This document shows, in pieces, positions 1-14,300 of a stretch of 54,974 bases of DNA. The notes beneath the pieces are model-generated. The model ran no database searches, was not told where the DNA came from, and worked only from the letters and a program-made list of their open reading frames with translations. The stretch lies in assembly GCF_001194135.2 (NCBI RefSeq), contig NC_068994.1, positions 19,654,107 through 19,709,080 of the forward strand, given 5' to 3'. How positions within the stretch are numbered: position 1 is the stretch's first letter; each line of letters starts with the position of its first letter. Origin of the DNA: Octopus bimaculoides (lineage: Eukaryota). Position numbers and translations under genes: made by a program.

Positions 1-2
1 TA

Positions 3-49
<47 letters not shown>

Positions 50-2512
50 AGTGTGTATTTTTTTCTCCATTTAATACAAATATTTCTTCTTTTGTCTGTG
101 TGTAGTTATAACTAATTACACATTGGGTACTTAAAACCCTCGTTAACACACAGCCATGCAAACATACATACATTTAAAGAGATATATATTAAAAAAAAAA
201 AAGCTTTAACATATATAAATTTGTTCTCCAGAATACATTTAATATTCTCTAACAGGTTTCTGTCAGAATACATTCCAATACAGAATTAGGTGACTGTCAT
301 TAAAGTGAATCTATCACACCAGCAAATAGGACATCTAAACACAAGACAAGGATAAAAGAGGCACTAACAGAAACAGGGACAGCCATAAAGCATTAGAATA
401 TGATGACCTATAGTGACTAATTATGGCTGAAGTGTACAGAAAATGGATTGAAAGATTGAAATTCATGGAATTATATATCAATTTTCTTCTCATAAAAAGT
501 GGCAGAGAAAAAGAGGAAGGGAGTGAACAGTTTGTTGATGAGACTTCACTTCAAATACAAACTTGAAAATGGAAACAGTGAGGGTAAAAATAAAAAAGAA
601 AAGAAAAAGGGATGAGGGATTAAATAATGACTGAAAAAAATTAAAAACTAACAAAATATTTGTTGAACATTCTTATTACAGATAGGAGCCAGCAAAGAAA
701 AAAAAAAACACACTGAAAAATGCAGAAATGATAAAAAAAAAGGGGGGGGGAGTGTAAGAACAAGAAACAGAATGATCAGATTGTTATGAGATGTTCTTAG
801 AACATAAATAGAGATGATTAGATGTCATTTTTGTTGTTGTTGGTTTCACAGGATAAATAATCTATTCAGATTATTAACAACAAATGAAATACTGAGTGAT
901 TATAAGGGAAGATAATTAAAATTACAGTTAACTTTTTTTTTTCTTTTTTTGCCACGCAAGGGGCTTGAAACTTAAAATTTGTAAAATTATTTAGTATTTT
1001 GAAATTATTATATAGTTCTTTCTTTCTTTCTTTCTTTCTTATAAGAACATTATCATAAAATATCACTTTATATACATATCCCACCTACTCAATTCTTCAA
1101 GTTTAGGTCATGTAGAGAGTAAGGGAAACAGGGAAGAGAGTGAGATTCCCATTTTTGAGAAAAAAAAAAAAAAATCTAAAAACAAATTTTTAAAAAAAAT
1201 TCATTTAGGGGCAAGGATAAGTCCATTCATATTGAAAGAAAGTTTCCCCAATATTGAAAATAGAGATATAATTTTGTACACAGTCATATTTTTTTGTGGG
1301 GTGCTAAATGCATTCATACAATTTTTAAGACAAACATTGAATTGACAACTCTGAGCTTCTGAATTTGAGTTTTTTTGTTTCCAGCCAAATATCAATGGAA
1401 ATATATTTTTTTTTGTAATGGAGAAATCATTTCTCAAACAAAACACATCTTTCTTCTAGTGATTAAAAAAAATTAAGATTAAAATAGTAGGTAGGAATTA
1501 CTAATGTTTCATGGTGTAACAATGTTAATCTGAATTTTGAACCATCATACAGCATTAAGCAGTTCTTTCAGAAATGGACCGTAAGTTTTATAAAACAACA
1601 CTGATCCTTCTTATTAATTATACAGAGGAATTTAAGGTTAGTAATATTGAAGCAGCTTTTAGATGACAAGCAAGTGGCACAACCTGAGTTTCTGGATTTA
1701 TTTTAAATGGGAAATTAAAATTAAATATACATATATAAAGAAACAATACAGAAAGTGTGGTTAAACAACAAATCAGCTAGAAAACAATCTCTATGGTGAT
1801 ATGGTGAATGTAGAAGCTTTAGTTTAGGATGAGGATCAAGATTGGTGCAAAGGAAGCAATTCATATTTCACTTTTTACAAAAAGTTTAAGCTTTTACTCA
1901 TTGACAATATATTAACTTTCTCAATTATATTGTGAAGAATTTTATATAAATCAATGAAAAAAAGAAAATTAAAAAAAAAAATGACATAAAAATATTGCAG
2001 GAATTTCTTTATTTATTTATCATTTTTCTTTTCTTTATTATTAATTTTTTTTTGTTTGTTTGTTTTAAATAATTTCCATTCATAAAATAGGATGTACTTA
2101 TAATCTTTTAGAAGTTTGATATTCTATGACTACATGAAGATTGGAAGCTAAGGCTTGAGTTGTAATGAATTTGTTTCTCTAACACTTCAGATTCACATCA
2201 CAGATGGTCACTAAACAGGGGGTAGAGTCAACTTTAAAGCAACAATCCATGAAAGAATCCTACTTTGTATGTATGAGCCAAATAAATATATTTTCATTCA
2301 GCTATACTGACATCCAACTGGTTTCAAGCGCAGACAAGATTGGTTGAATAACAGCACAATTTACTCAGCAATGTCTGCTTTTGTTTGTTTTGTTTCTTGG
2401 TTTGTTTTTTTTTTGTAAGGAGGGGGATGATTGGTAAAATAATGGTAAGTAATAAATAATATATATCCTCTTTTAATATCTAAGATTGTACTAACTGATT
2501 TCTGAACAGGCA

Positions 2513-2900
<388 letters not shown>

Positions 2901-5900
2901 CAGGGTAGTGTGCTTGATGAAATGAATTAAATAGAAGGCATAAAAAGTGAAGACAATATAAAAAAGTGGAAAGACATGGACAATAGAGAAAATAAAATAG
3001 AAAACAAAACATGAATGATTCAAAAACAAGAGACATCAATGATATGAGGAGAAAAACATTCTCTAAACTGGTTTCCAGAAATTAATATTTTACAAGCCTT
3101 CACACTTGCGTAAGAAAAAAAATTAAAATAAATCTTAATGTAGACACTTTCATTCTTAAAATTATTTTAAAATGTATGTCTGCATGTGTGAGTGAGAGAA
3201 ATTTAACATTTGCTGTTATTTTAATTGAAAATAAAATAATTTAAATCCATAACCTTCATTTGATCAAATAAGTTTTGTCTCAAGAGAATTGTTTTTTTTT
3301 GCAAAAGAGGAATATAGCCAACTGAATCAACTGCTGTATACTGTTGGTACTTATTTCATCGGTCTTGGGTAGGATTTGAATTCAGAATGTAGAGGTACAG
3401 GACTAAATTCTTTAAAGCAGTCAAGCACCTCTACTTTTTCTGCCAATTACAACTCACAATGCTGAAATAATGCAATGTAAACAAAATAAGTTTCTTTATA
3501 TCTATTTACTTTTGAGCGCACCAATCTAGAATGGATAAGAAGAGGATAGAATAGAAACAAGGCACCCAAAGCACGACTATTTTTATCCCTGATTTCGTGC
3601 TATGGAACATCATCATGGCTGCCACATTCCTGTCTTCTTTCTCTTTATGCAATGCATTTTTAACTAGAATTCCTCTTCTAAAATAGAAGCCAACTTAAAA
3701 TTTTCTTCCTTTCCTTTTGTTATTTGTTTGCTTTTGAAGAATAATTTACAAGTAAATTGTGTTAAGATAGGATGGATTAATAATACTATATTTCAAATTT
3801 AAGTTAAACAGGAATTCATAAATAGCTTAAAATAAGTTCAAATATAAAGAGGGGATATTTTATTCATTATTTTTTTTTTCTTTTTGACAAATAAACTTAA
3901 TCCAAATCTACAACCACAGTGACATTTAACAGAACAAATTAAACAAAATATTTTTTTCATGAGTGTTCAAGAAATTTGGAACGTTTACAGTACAGAACAG
4001 AGCAATGCAAAATAATAACATTTTCTTTCTTGATATACCATGTACATTTGATGAGAGAGAGAATTATTAGTCTTATTTATTTTCAGCATCCGATTCAAGG
4101 ACTTGCATAAAATAATCAACATCATATATGATTTCTGATCAAAAATGCAAATTTAAACATCATCTCTAAGAATCCATTTGCAAACTCTGATCAAGAATTA
4201 ATGAGGATTTCAAGGAAGGCAGGTGAAAATGTGTTTTTCATATATCAATAGTTTTTTAGGTGGATATCAGTCTTCAAAAAATTTGTATATAAAAGACAAA
4301 GAGAGAAAGAAGGGAATTTGAGAGACCTACAAATGTTTTGTAAGAACATGAATTTGAAGATAACATGAACAGCAGCTACATGTGAAGAGAAAAGAGTGAA
4401 GAATAGATACTCCACTGATATTTGTTATTTGAAAACACTATAAAAAAAGGGGGGGGGGGGTGCATCTACCAAACTAAAAAATAAAATTAAGACTAAAATT
4501 AAATCTGAACCAGAATTAGTTAAGTTTCATAAAATAAATTTTTAAATCTTGTTCCTTAGTCACATATATATTTTAAAAACTAAAGGTTACAAATATGGTT
4601 CCTTCAAGACTTTCAGATTATTAACAATACTCTCCATTAAGTTTTTATTGAAGTAACCATTGTATCATGTATAGATAAGGTAGGAATATTGTCTTTCTTT
4701 TTTTTTCATTCATGAAGAAAAGCAAAGCAAGATAGATGATACACCAGTGTTATATTTGGACTGATTGGATGGACAGCACAGAAAGAGAAAGCTAATCAAG
4801 AAATGAAATAGCAGAGCAGACATCTAAATATTGGACAGCCAACTCCTGGATAATTGTGAACCCTATCATTGTCTGTGTTCAAATCCCACCCAGATTGACT
4901 TTGCCTTTCAACCACTTAGAGTTGATAAATAAAATACCAGTTCAAAGAAGCAGATTGGTAAAATTGTTAGAGCTCTAGGAGATGCCTTGTAGTACATGTT
5001 CCATCTCTTAGCATTCTGATGGTAATATCTGATTTGGTATTTCTAGGAAGTTGTACTGGCCCTTGCCTATTTCTCGACAGCATCAATGGCATGAAGAGAA
5101 GAGACTTACATGCATGGACACCTGATGGTGTTCTATAAAAAAAAGTAAGAAAACCTTTACCAGTGCCACACTTTAGAGAGGAACTTTCTAGGTGTAGAAG
5201 CTCAGATTTGCAGAACACTGAACAGGAATGTGTAATGTGTTCTCTAATTAACAGACACTAGATGATGTATGTATCCACAGACTTTAGAGATGCATAAACA
5301 GATTCAGTAATAGATAAAAATCTTAGCATCCGATACCTTTGAAAAGAGAATTTATTAATAGGAAAATGGGACGACTTCTGTTTTAATGGACAAAACCACT
5401 AAGGTAGCAGAAATAACTGATGTAAAGAAATCAAATATCAAGTTGGCCAGAATGAAATTTGGACACTAAAACATACAAGAACCATAAAGTCACTGATTTG
5501 ATTTCCAGTTGTAGCATTTTACTTCACTCCTTGTACTTGCATTATCTGACTGTAATCAAACTTGAAAGCTGAAGGATTACAGGACATTAAAAAGAAAATT
5601 AAGAGACAGATGATTATGGTTTCATGTTCTTAGTTTCATATCACTTTCAAATATTTCACTGTTTATAGATTATACAAAGGAAGAGAGAAAACAGAGGGAG
5701 TGATACAAAACAAAACCAAGTCTGCAATAATCTGGCTTTGATTCACAGTATTTTATAGTACGCTGTTAATACCCTTAATAAAAAAAAAAATATCACAACC
5801 CCATTTTTATTGTTCTTTGAAATTAATGAAAACAGCTGATTGCAAATATTCAGAAAGAAAATAGACATTTGATGTTCAACTATTTTACTTTACATATGGA

Positions 5901-8900
5901 TGTCACCGTTTGTTTGTATGTATTATAAAAAGAAGTGGTCAATTATGTCATATAAAGCTACAGTTCTTGAAAAGATTTTCTTCTATTCAGTGATTATGGG
6001 TTTTTATTTTCATGGTGACTGAGGTAGACAATAAGATAAAAAGTTACCTGCAGATCTTGATAGGTAAGTGGTTTCCAACAGTCATATTACAGGTATCTAT
6101 ATATAAGCTTGATATTTCCTACTATGAACATCCTCTACTCAGAACACATCTGAAACTTTTGGGATCTCATTTTCAAGAGATATTGGAGAACATGGAGAAA
6201 ACTCTTTCATTGCTCCTAGAAATCCCCAATCAAAAGAGGACATATACTTAGTAAGAAAATGGACAAAACTGCAAATTGTAATGGAAACTCTTTTTCTTGA
6301 GATAAAAGATGAGGAATCAAAACCATTAGGAAGCCAAATTTATCAGATAATGGTTTCTTGTATTAGCACAAGACCACAGACTTGTAGGGTAGACTTGTAG
6401 TCGACATCAGGCCATGACTGGTATTCATTTTATCAATTACATGAGATTTGAATTGGAAATATAAGGCAAGGCATTGTGTCCATGTGTGTATGTGTATCTG
6501 AGCATATCACCTAAAAAGTGCAAGGGAGAGCATAAGTACCATGCAATTCTTATAACAATTGTACCACATTAACCCTTTTCTGTTTTTTTTTTACTGAGTA
6601 CTTGAGCATTACATACATAATCTCATGTGCTCAGAAAGGGATTTTATAGTTAAGAAAGAGCTTTATCAGTGAAACCATAATTTTAAAAGGGAAACAGGAT
6701 AATAAATAACCTGAATTTTTGTCAATCCCTTTAAAACATTATTTTGGTTACTAAAAACTATCTCCAATTCTCACACATCAAGATGATACTAAAACAAATC
6801 AATATACCTCACCTACTTCTTTTGATCTGTCAGATCTACATCAAACACTGGCTAGTCACAGTTTCACAAATTTCTTAATTCTGTCTATGTATTTACTGAG
6901 TTACTAGAAACTATCCATTCTCAAAATATGCTGACTTAATTTTTCCCTTTATCAGAATGGAAACCTTCACGTTTTCCCTTCTGATATGTAAGCAGAATCT
7001 CACTAACACTTGCTGTATACCAGTGTGAGCACCAAGAGCCCTTGGCAAGCAAAATCAGCAACACAGGTTCAATTTGATTTTTGGCTGAACCAACTTACTT
7101 CTTATGCTCTTTGTACCAACAATTCTCAATAATACGAAAAGTGATGGTCTTGTCAAGCTGCTTTGTACTTGACACATTACATGAAAATGGAGCATTTGAA
7201 GATGATGCAGCAACTGTTGAGGATTCTGAAATTTCGTTATTTTCATATTTGCAAACATGTTCCATTTTAAACTCAACTTGTCAAAAGATGTTAACTTTCA
7301 ACATAAAGGGGGTTTTATTCTTAAACAGAAATGGAACAGAGTTATGTGAAGTTATGGTATTCAAGCTTTCCTGGAGGGCATCAGTGATTAAATGAAACCA
7401 AAGAATTGAAACTGAGCATGTATCGCTGCTTCTCCTTCCTATCTTGTCACCAAGAATAAGAATTACTGCAGCAAGGAACAATTACAGCATCACCACTCTT
7501 TTTTTATAATTACAGTATAAAATGAGCCTGTAAAACAACGTCTTGCTTGCTTTATCTGCTATGGAATGTCTTGCCTATGGTTAGCATAACTTCCAAATTT
7601 TCTTTTGCAGATCTGTAAAATAACTGTTTCGCAGACTTGTTATTTCTCAAGCAGTGAGTTTCAATGAATACCTACTTGAAATTTTGATAAATGATAAACA
7701 TCTTAAAAAATTTATTACCTTATAGCTTTCATATTCATTTTCAAAAGAATCTCTTGGCTCAGGTTACAACATTTCATTGAATCTCTTGTCAATTCACACA
7801 AGAGAACCTTTATCTTGGTCCAAGTCAACTCCAAATCGCTTCCACTTCAATTTAAACATGGGAAAGGAATTAAATAATTTGGAAATGCCAACTGCATGAA
7901 AAACATCAACAGTGCCAACACATTTAATGCATAGATCCTTACAAAGCTAACTATATGGATGGGATGGAGTTTGTAAATTTTAGCTATCTGCAGATGAATA
8001 TTTAAAACAATATGGTCTTTCAAGTTAGAAGCCCTTCCTAGTTCTAACCAGTTAACTGAAATGAAAGCGTTGTTATGGCTTGCAGCTAAGAACAAGCAAG
8101 TAGTATAATATACTTTGCCAAGAATGTTGTAGTAAAAATTTCATCATGATCAGTAGTCTAGTATTTAAAGCAAATCTAGCCACTGAGTTAATAAAAACCA
8201 ATGTACCAGGTGGAAATCAACACCTGGTCTATGTATAATTTAAGAATTAGCTTTGTTACTGGCCATTTATAATCACTTAAATTTGTATCATCTGCTTAAT
8301 TTTGCACTAAATATATATAATTGCAAAATGTTTAATCCATGTAAACAAACAGTGTCAAAGTTTTAAAGAATTCGGTTAAGGAAATGATCACTTGTTAAAT
8401 TTAAGGTTCAACCAATTTCACACACAGCTAGTTTAAATAGGTTCCTATATATAAAATTCATTCAGTTTTCACCAAAATTTTGTACACAGCAAAGTCTAAA
8501 TATGTTTGTGCATATGGATGAAAATATTCATTATCAACCATAGCTATCATCCACTTTAAACAGAGTTTAAGTCAGCTCAAACTCTTCCAATAAACTGCTG
8601 CCATATACTGAAAAAACAGCCCTTCAGTATCAATACTAAGCTCTCAGACATTTTTTTCCAGTTTAAAACAGTCCCTAATAAATATGGTTTAAATTCCTAA
8701 ACTGGCCTAAATTGTCTACAAAGTAGAACCTAGATTTGTCCAAGAGTATTTCACTCTCTCTCCCTTGCAGATCTAAGAGCATTAAATACAATTTCAGTTT
8801 ATTTACATTTACAAAGTCTTTTAGGCCATCTCCTTTTTTCCATATGTCAGTAATCTTATCCCACTGAATGCTTTTCAGCCTGTTTCACATACATCAAATC

Positions 8901-9784
8901 AACTGTTTGTTTGATGCTACAGAGAACACAAAACAATGGTAGGGTACTCTTATTCACAATTGTGTAGCTGTAGCTATTGCATTTATCTAAACCAGCATTG
9001 CTATCAAATAAATATATTTTTGTCTACTTTTCACATTTTAGAGGTAAGTTTGCTGTTCATGTTTCACTGACCAATTACAGGTCACATGCACACACACAGA
9101 CATACATACATAAAAAATGTACACATACATACATACATATAGATATACATACATAGTCATACATAAATATATATGCATACATATATACACACATGTATGT
9201 ACACATATATATATATATACACACATGTATATACATATATACACTTATATGCATGTACATAAACACATTCACATGTACATACATGGGAAAGTTTGAAGGA
9301 GACCTCAAAGACTAGAGAGAAATTATTAAGACCTATAATATTATATATATATATATAGTAAATATATACATATACAATAATTTGTGTATATATATTTATG
9401 TGTATGTATGTATGTGAGCACATTCAATTGATATGAGAAATGGGAAGTTTAAAGAAGAAAACATTCCAAACTTTTCTTTAGACTGAATATTTTATCTGTT
9501 GAATCACATTATTATAATGACAATATCCACACTTTCATGATTACAAGGTAGACTGTACAGGTAGCAAGACATATCCATACATTCTTTCAAAACCAATATA
9601 TCATTAACATTCTCAATTTTCCCCCATGAACTTTCTTTAAATTTTTTTTTCTCTCTTTTCAATTAAACATTTAGCATTTTTTTAATTTTATTATTTTAAT
9701 TTTTCTTTTGTAGTTAAGATAGGATGTTCAGGGTAGAAAAACACATACTATGGGGTGGGAGAGTGATAGATATATACATATACA

Positions 9785-9824
<40 letters not shown>

Positions 9825-9992
9825 CATATATATATATACACACACATATATATATATATACACACACATATATATACATATATATACACACACATATATA
9901 TATACATACATATACACACATATATATATATATACATATATACACATTTTTACATACATATATCTATATACATACATCTATATATACATATA

Positions 9993-10201
9993 CAGGGTGT
10001 CCACGGAATCTGGGTACATGGGGATTAACACATACTTTAAGAAATTTTTTCTTATATTTAATTGTTTATGTGAAAACTTTATTTACTCCATGTATCCACA
10101 TGGGGATTAGCACATACTTTAAGAAATTATTATTTCTTATATTTAATTGTTTATGTTATAATTTTATTTACTCCATGTACTCAGACCTTGTGGACACCCT
10201 G
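9993..10201. mobile_element. Tc1/mariner-type MITE with ~28-bp TIRs and an internal 82-bp tandem duplication
   Basis: TA|CAGGGTGTCCACGGAATCTGGGTACATGG ... CCATGTACTCAGACCTTGTGGACACCCTG|CA. Inserted in a TA microsatellite. The unit starting CATGGGGATTA.CACATACTTTAAGAAAT occurs at 10017 and 10099. Confidence 0.8.
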
Positions 10202-10247
10202 CATATATATACACATATATAACACTGTATGTATGTATGTATGTATG

Positions 10248-10282
<35 letters not shown>

Positions 10283-11100
10283 NNNNNNNNNNNNNNNNNN
10301 NNNNNNNNNNNNNNNNNNNNNNNNNNNNNNNNNNNNNNNNNNNNNNNNNNNNNNNNNNNNNNNNNNNNNNNNNNNNNNNNNNNNNNNNNNNNNNNNNNNN
10401 NNNNNNNNNNNNNNNNNNNNNNNNNNNNNNNNNNNNNNNNNNNNNNNNNNNNNNNNNNNNNNNNNNNNNNNNNNNNNNNNNNNNNNNNNNNNNNNNNNNN
10501 NNNNNNNNNNNNNNNNNNNNNNNNNNNNNNNNNNNNNNNNNNNNNNNNNNNNNNNNNNNNNNNNNNNNNNNNNNNNNNNNNNNNNNNNNNNNNNNNNNNN
10601 NNNNNNNNNNNNNNNNNNNNNNNNNNNNNNNNNNNNNNNNNNNNNNNNNNNNNNNNNNNNNNNNNNNNNNNNNNNNNNNNNNNNNNNNNNNNNNNNNNNN
10701 NNNNNNNNNNNNNNNNNNNNNNNNNNNNNNNNNNNNNNNNNNNNNNNNNNNNNNNNNNNNNNNNNNNNNNNNNNNNNNNNNNNNNNNNNNNNNNNNNNNN
10801 NNNNNNNNNNNNNNNNNNNNNNNNNNNNNNNNNNNNNNNNNNNNNNNNNNNNNNNNNNNNNNNNNNNNNNNNNNNNNNNNNNNNNNNNNNNNNNNNNNNN
10901 NNNNNNNNNNNNNNNNNNNNNNNNNNNNNNNNNNNNNNNNNNNNNNNNNNNNNNNNNNNNNNNNNNNNNNNNNNNNNNNNNNNNNNNNNNNNNNNNNNNN
11001 NNNNNNNNNNNNNNNNNNNNNNNNNNNNNNNNNNNNNNNNNNNNNNNNNNNNNNNNNNNNNNNNNNNNNNNNNNNNNNNNNNNNNNNNNNNNNNNNNNNN
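10283..11100. other. Assembly gap (818 N) between a (TA)n and an A30 tract
   Basis: N run. Other gaps: 16551-16560, 23696-23721, 29135-29144, 30633-30643, 39818-40380, 41206-41428, 42553-42562, 44990-45089, 47277-47459. Confidence 0.99.
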
Positions 11101-11134
<34 letters not shown>

Positions 11135-11366
11135 TCTGAATATCCTCATTTCTGTTATTGGAGCTGATGTTTTCTTTCTTTCTTTCTTAAGAATAGACAA
11201 GTGAGAAACTGTGAAGGAGGATTTAAACAAAAAAATTATAAAGGATAAACTTGCCCCCATCCTGAAATTAAATTTTTCTTTTACTACCAAATGCAGGTAT
11301 ACCGTTGGAAATTGAATCATATAATTCTAAAAATTAAATTTACTCTTAAATCTGAAAAATCCTAAA

Positions 11367-14300
11367 TCAAGACTGCTTTGCACCATGTGACTTGAAATGT
11401 TCATCGAGAGCAGCTGGGTCTGCATACATGGTACCACAGCACTCGTACTTCACTGCTTTGACAGGGTGATGTGTCTTTAAATGTTTATTAAGGTTGCTGC
11501 TGCTGATAAAAGTTTTGAAGCAATAGTCACACTTGTGAGGTTTCTCACCTGTGTGTATGCGACGGTGCATTTTAACGCTGTAGTTGCATGTGAAAATTTT
11601 GTCGCACAAGTCGCATGGAAAAGCTCTTTCCCGTGTATGAAGCCGCATGTGCCTAGTTCGGTTGTAGGGGTTATTAAATGTCTTGTCACAATGTGTGCAT
11701 TTGAGCATCCCTTCTCCTGTATGAATACGCCGATGTTTTGAGAATGCTGATTGATCACTGAATGCCTTGCCACAATATTCACAAGTGTGTGGCTTCTCCC
11801 CAGTGTGCGTACGAATATGACGTAACAAATCACATTTCTGCATGAAGGCCTTGCTACACAGTGTGCACTTAAATAACTTTTCTCCTACATGAAACATCAT
11901 GTGTTTGTCGGCATTGGCCTTATCTGTGAAAGTTTTGTTGCAATAGTTACAAGAAAATGGCTTCTCATCAAGATGTATGCGGAGATGTTTCGCCAACTGA
12001 CCAGAACCGGCACTGAAAGACTTACCACACAGTTCACATTGATATGGTCGCTCTCCTGAATGTACTCTTAGATGTTTTTTCAAGTCCCCTTTGCGAATGT
12101 AATTTTTCTCACAGTAACGACATTGGTAGGGTCTTTTTCCATCATGTGTAACACGATGTGATTCAAGCTCTGAGGTACTAAGGAATTGTTCCTGACAATA
12201 GTCACAAGTGTAAAGAGTTAAGCCACTATGATGTAATAGTGTATGTTGGTAATAGTCAGACAAAAATGTAAAAGTTTTTGTACATTGTTCACACTTGAAG
12301 CATTTACGTCGTTTGTGTGCACTCATATGTGATTGAAGGTTGCTCTCATATTTAAATGTTTTGCGACACAATCTGCATTTAATATCGGAGTTTGTCCCTT
12401 CAGGAGTGGACGAAGCACTGACATTGTTTACAGTATCAACACTGACTGTTGTTGTGGAAGAATCAACACTGGTACCATTTGACAATGAAGGTGTTGAAGT
12501 CACAGCAACGTTGTTATCTAACACGTTAGTTGCACTGTATTCATTCTCAAGTTCAAGGACAGATTCATAGAATTCCATTTCAAGGTCCTTTTCTCCTGGA
12601 TTTGGCAGCTGCTCTCCATGTCCTTTTTGATTGCTGTCGACTGCAGGCCTCATCCCACTGTCTGCACTCAGATTGGGCACGTTAACAATAACAGCTTTGT
12701 GGCTGCTACTACTGCTGCTACTAGAAGGATGGACATTTGATGTGGAGCTAATTATACTGCCAGAGCTAGTTCCACTGCCACTTGGTCGATCTATAGACAT
12801 CACAGTTTTTGCTCCATTATTGCAGTTGTCAGTGATATTTTGGCTGAGATTGACCACACAATCTACACTGCGTTCAGATGCAGTTAGGTTACTATCACTA
12901 CTGCTGCTGCCGTTACCAACACCACTACTTGCAGCACACTCACTATTACCCGTTTTGGAGAAGCTGTCCAAGTTTTCATTAAAACTCAAGTTAAGGACAT
13001 TGGCAAATCGACTACTTGGACCTGGAGCAACAAGAGCACCAGTATTTGAATTTGGTGTAGCATCACTAGTGCTAGGACCCACACTGCTGCTGTTATTGCT
13101 ACTGCTGCTACTACTACTGGCACCACAACCATTACAATTATTATTACTAGAACTCTCTATTGGAATGGCATTACCTATATTACCAGTCTTCTTTTTCTTA
13201 TTAGGTTCTTCATTGAGAGTTCGAAGAAAATCTGAGACACCCTTAAAATCATCTAATTTGATGATATTTATAGGGTACATGTCAACCCGCGAAAAGTTAT
13301 AATTATTTTCTGAAGTGTTACTGCTGCTGCTGTTATTGCTGTGGCATATTTTAAGGTTATATGTGCTATTGCTGCTGCTATTATTGTATTTATTAAGTCT
13401 ATGTTCAAACCCATTTGGAAATGATGCTGTGTTGTGACTATGGCTGACATCCATTTCACGCATCCTTAAACTGTCAACACAGTCTGACTTTGAAGTTGAA
13501 CACACACTAGCAGCTTCTGGGCGTGTTGCTTTCCTGAAATCATTACCGTTTCCTGCTTGATCTTTCATACCCATTTGATGATCTTCCCTTTCCAAAAATC
13601 CACTACAGCCAGGCTTATCATATTTGTTTAGAGAAGAATGACAATTCTGAGGAATACTAATATGCTTCATATGGACTTTTTGGTTTTCCAAACTCCCTGC
13701 CATTTTATTTGGCAGTGTGGTTGGTATATCCCGAGAATATTTCACACTACTGCTATTGTTAATTCTAGCTGGATGGCTCTTGAGCCATTTGGAAACCAAT
13801 TCATTACAACAAACTGGTTTTGACCGATCGTTCTCCACACAGACTTTGTTGAGGGGCTCCATATAATTATCAAGATTTTCAATACTGTTAGGGTTTTTTA
13901 ATATTCCAATATTAACAGGGTTCTCAACAATTCCAATATTTATTTGATTCTCAAGTCCTTGCTCAATGAGCGCAACATCAACAGGATTTTGAACAATCCC
14001 AATATCCACAGATCGATTGGCTAGTCTTTTCTTAAAGGGAATATCAGAAATACACTGACGATGACATATATCACTAGGGCCACTTCCATCAGGCATTTTT
14101 TTCCTAACCTCCAATGGTGTTAAAGAGTCACTGTTAAAATCTCCATGATGATGACTATTTTTATTAGTTCCCATACTCGTTGGTATAGGCATACTACATG
14201 GGTCTACGTGAGATGTTGATGGCAGTGACACTGGTTTCCTTTTCCATTCTTTTGAAGAATCACTGTTCTCATATATACTATAGGAACTTTTTGACTGACC

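Noticed and set aside
8205-8228. 8-bp hairpin ACCAGGTG/CACCTGGT, and the similar 7-bp hairpin near 3570-3601
   Set aside because: Stems this short are expected by chance in 55 kb.
10181-11320. Long ORFs of 200-380 aa here and at 39.8-40.5, 41.2-41.5 and 47.2-47.5 kb
   Set aside because: They consist mostly of X from N gaps.
12631-13302. 223-aa Leu-rich plus-strand ORF and other small ORFs overlapping the ZNF
   Set aside because: Antisense shadows of AGC/AGT Ser runs and finger codons, with no independent protein signature.
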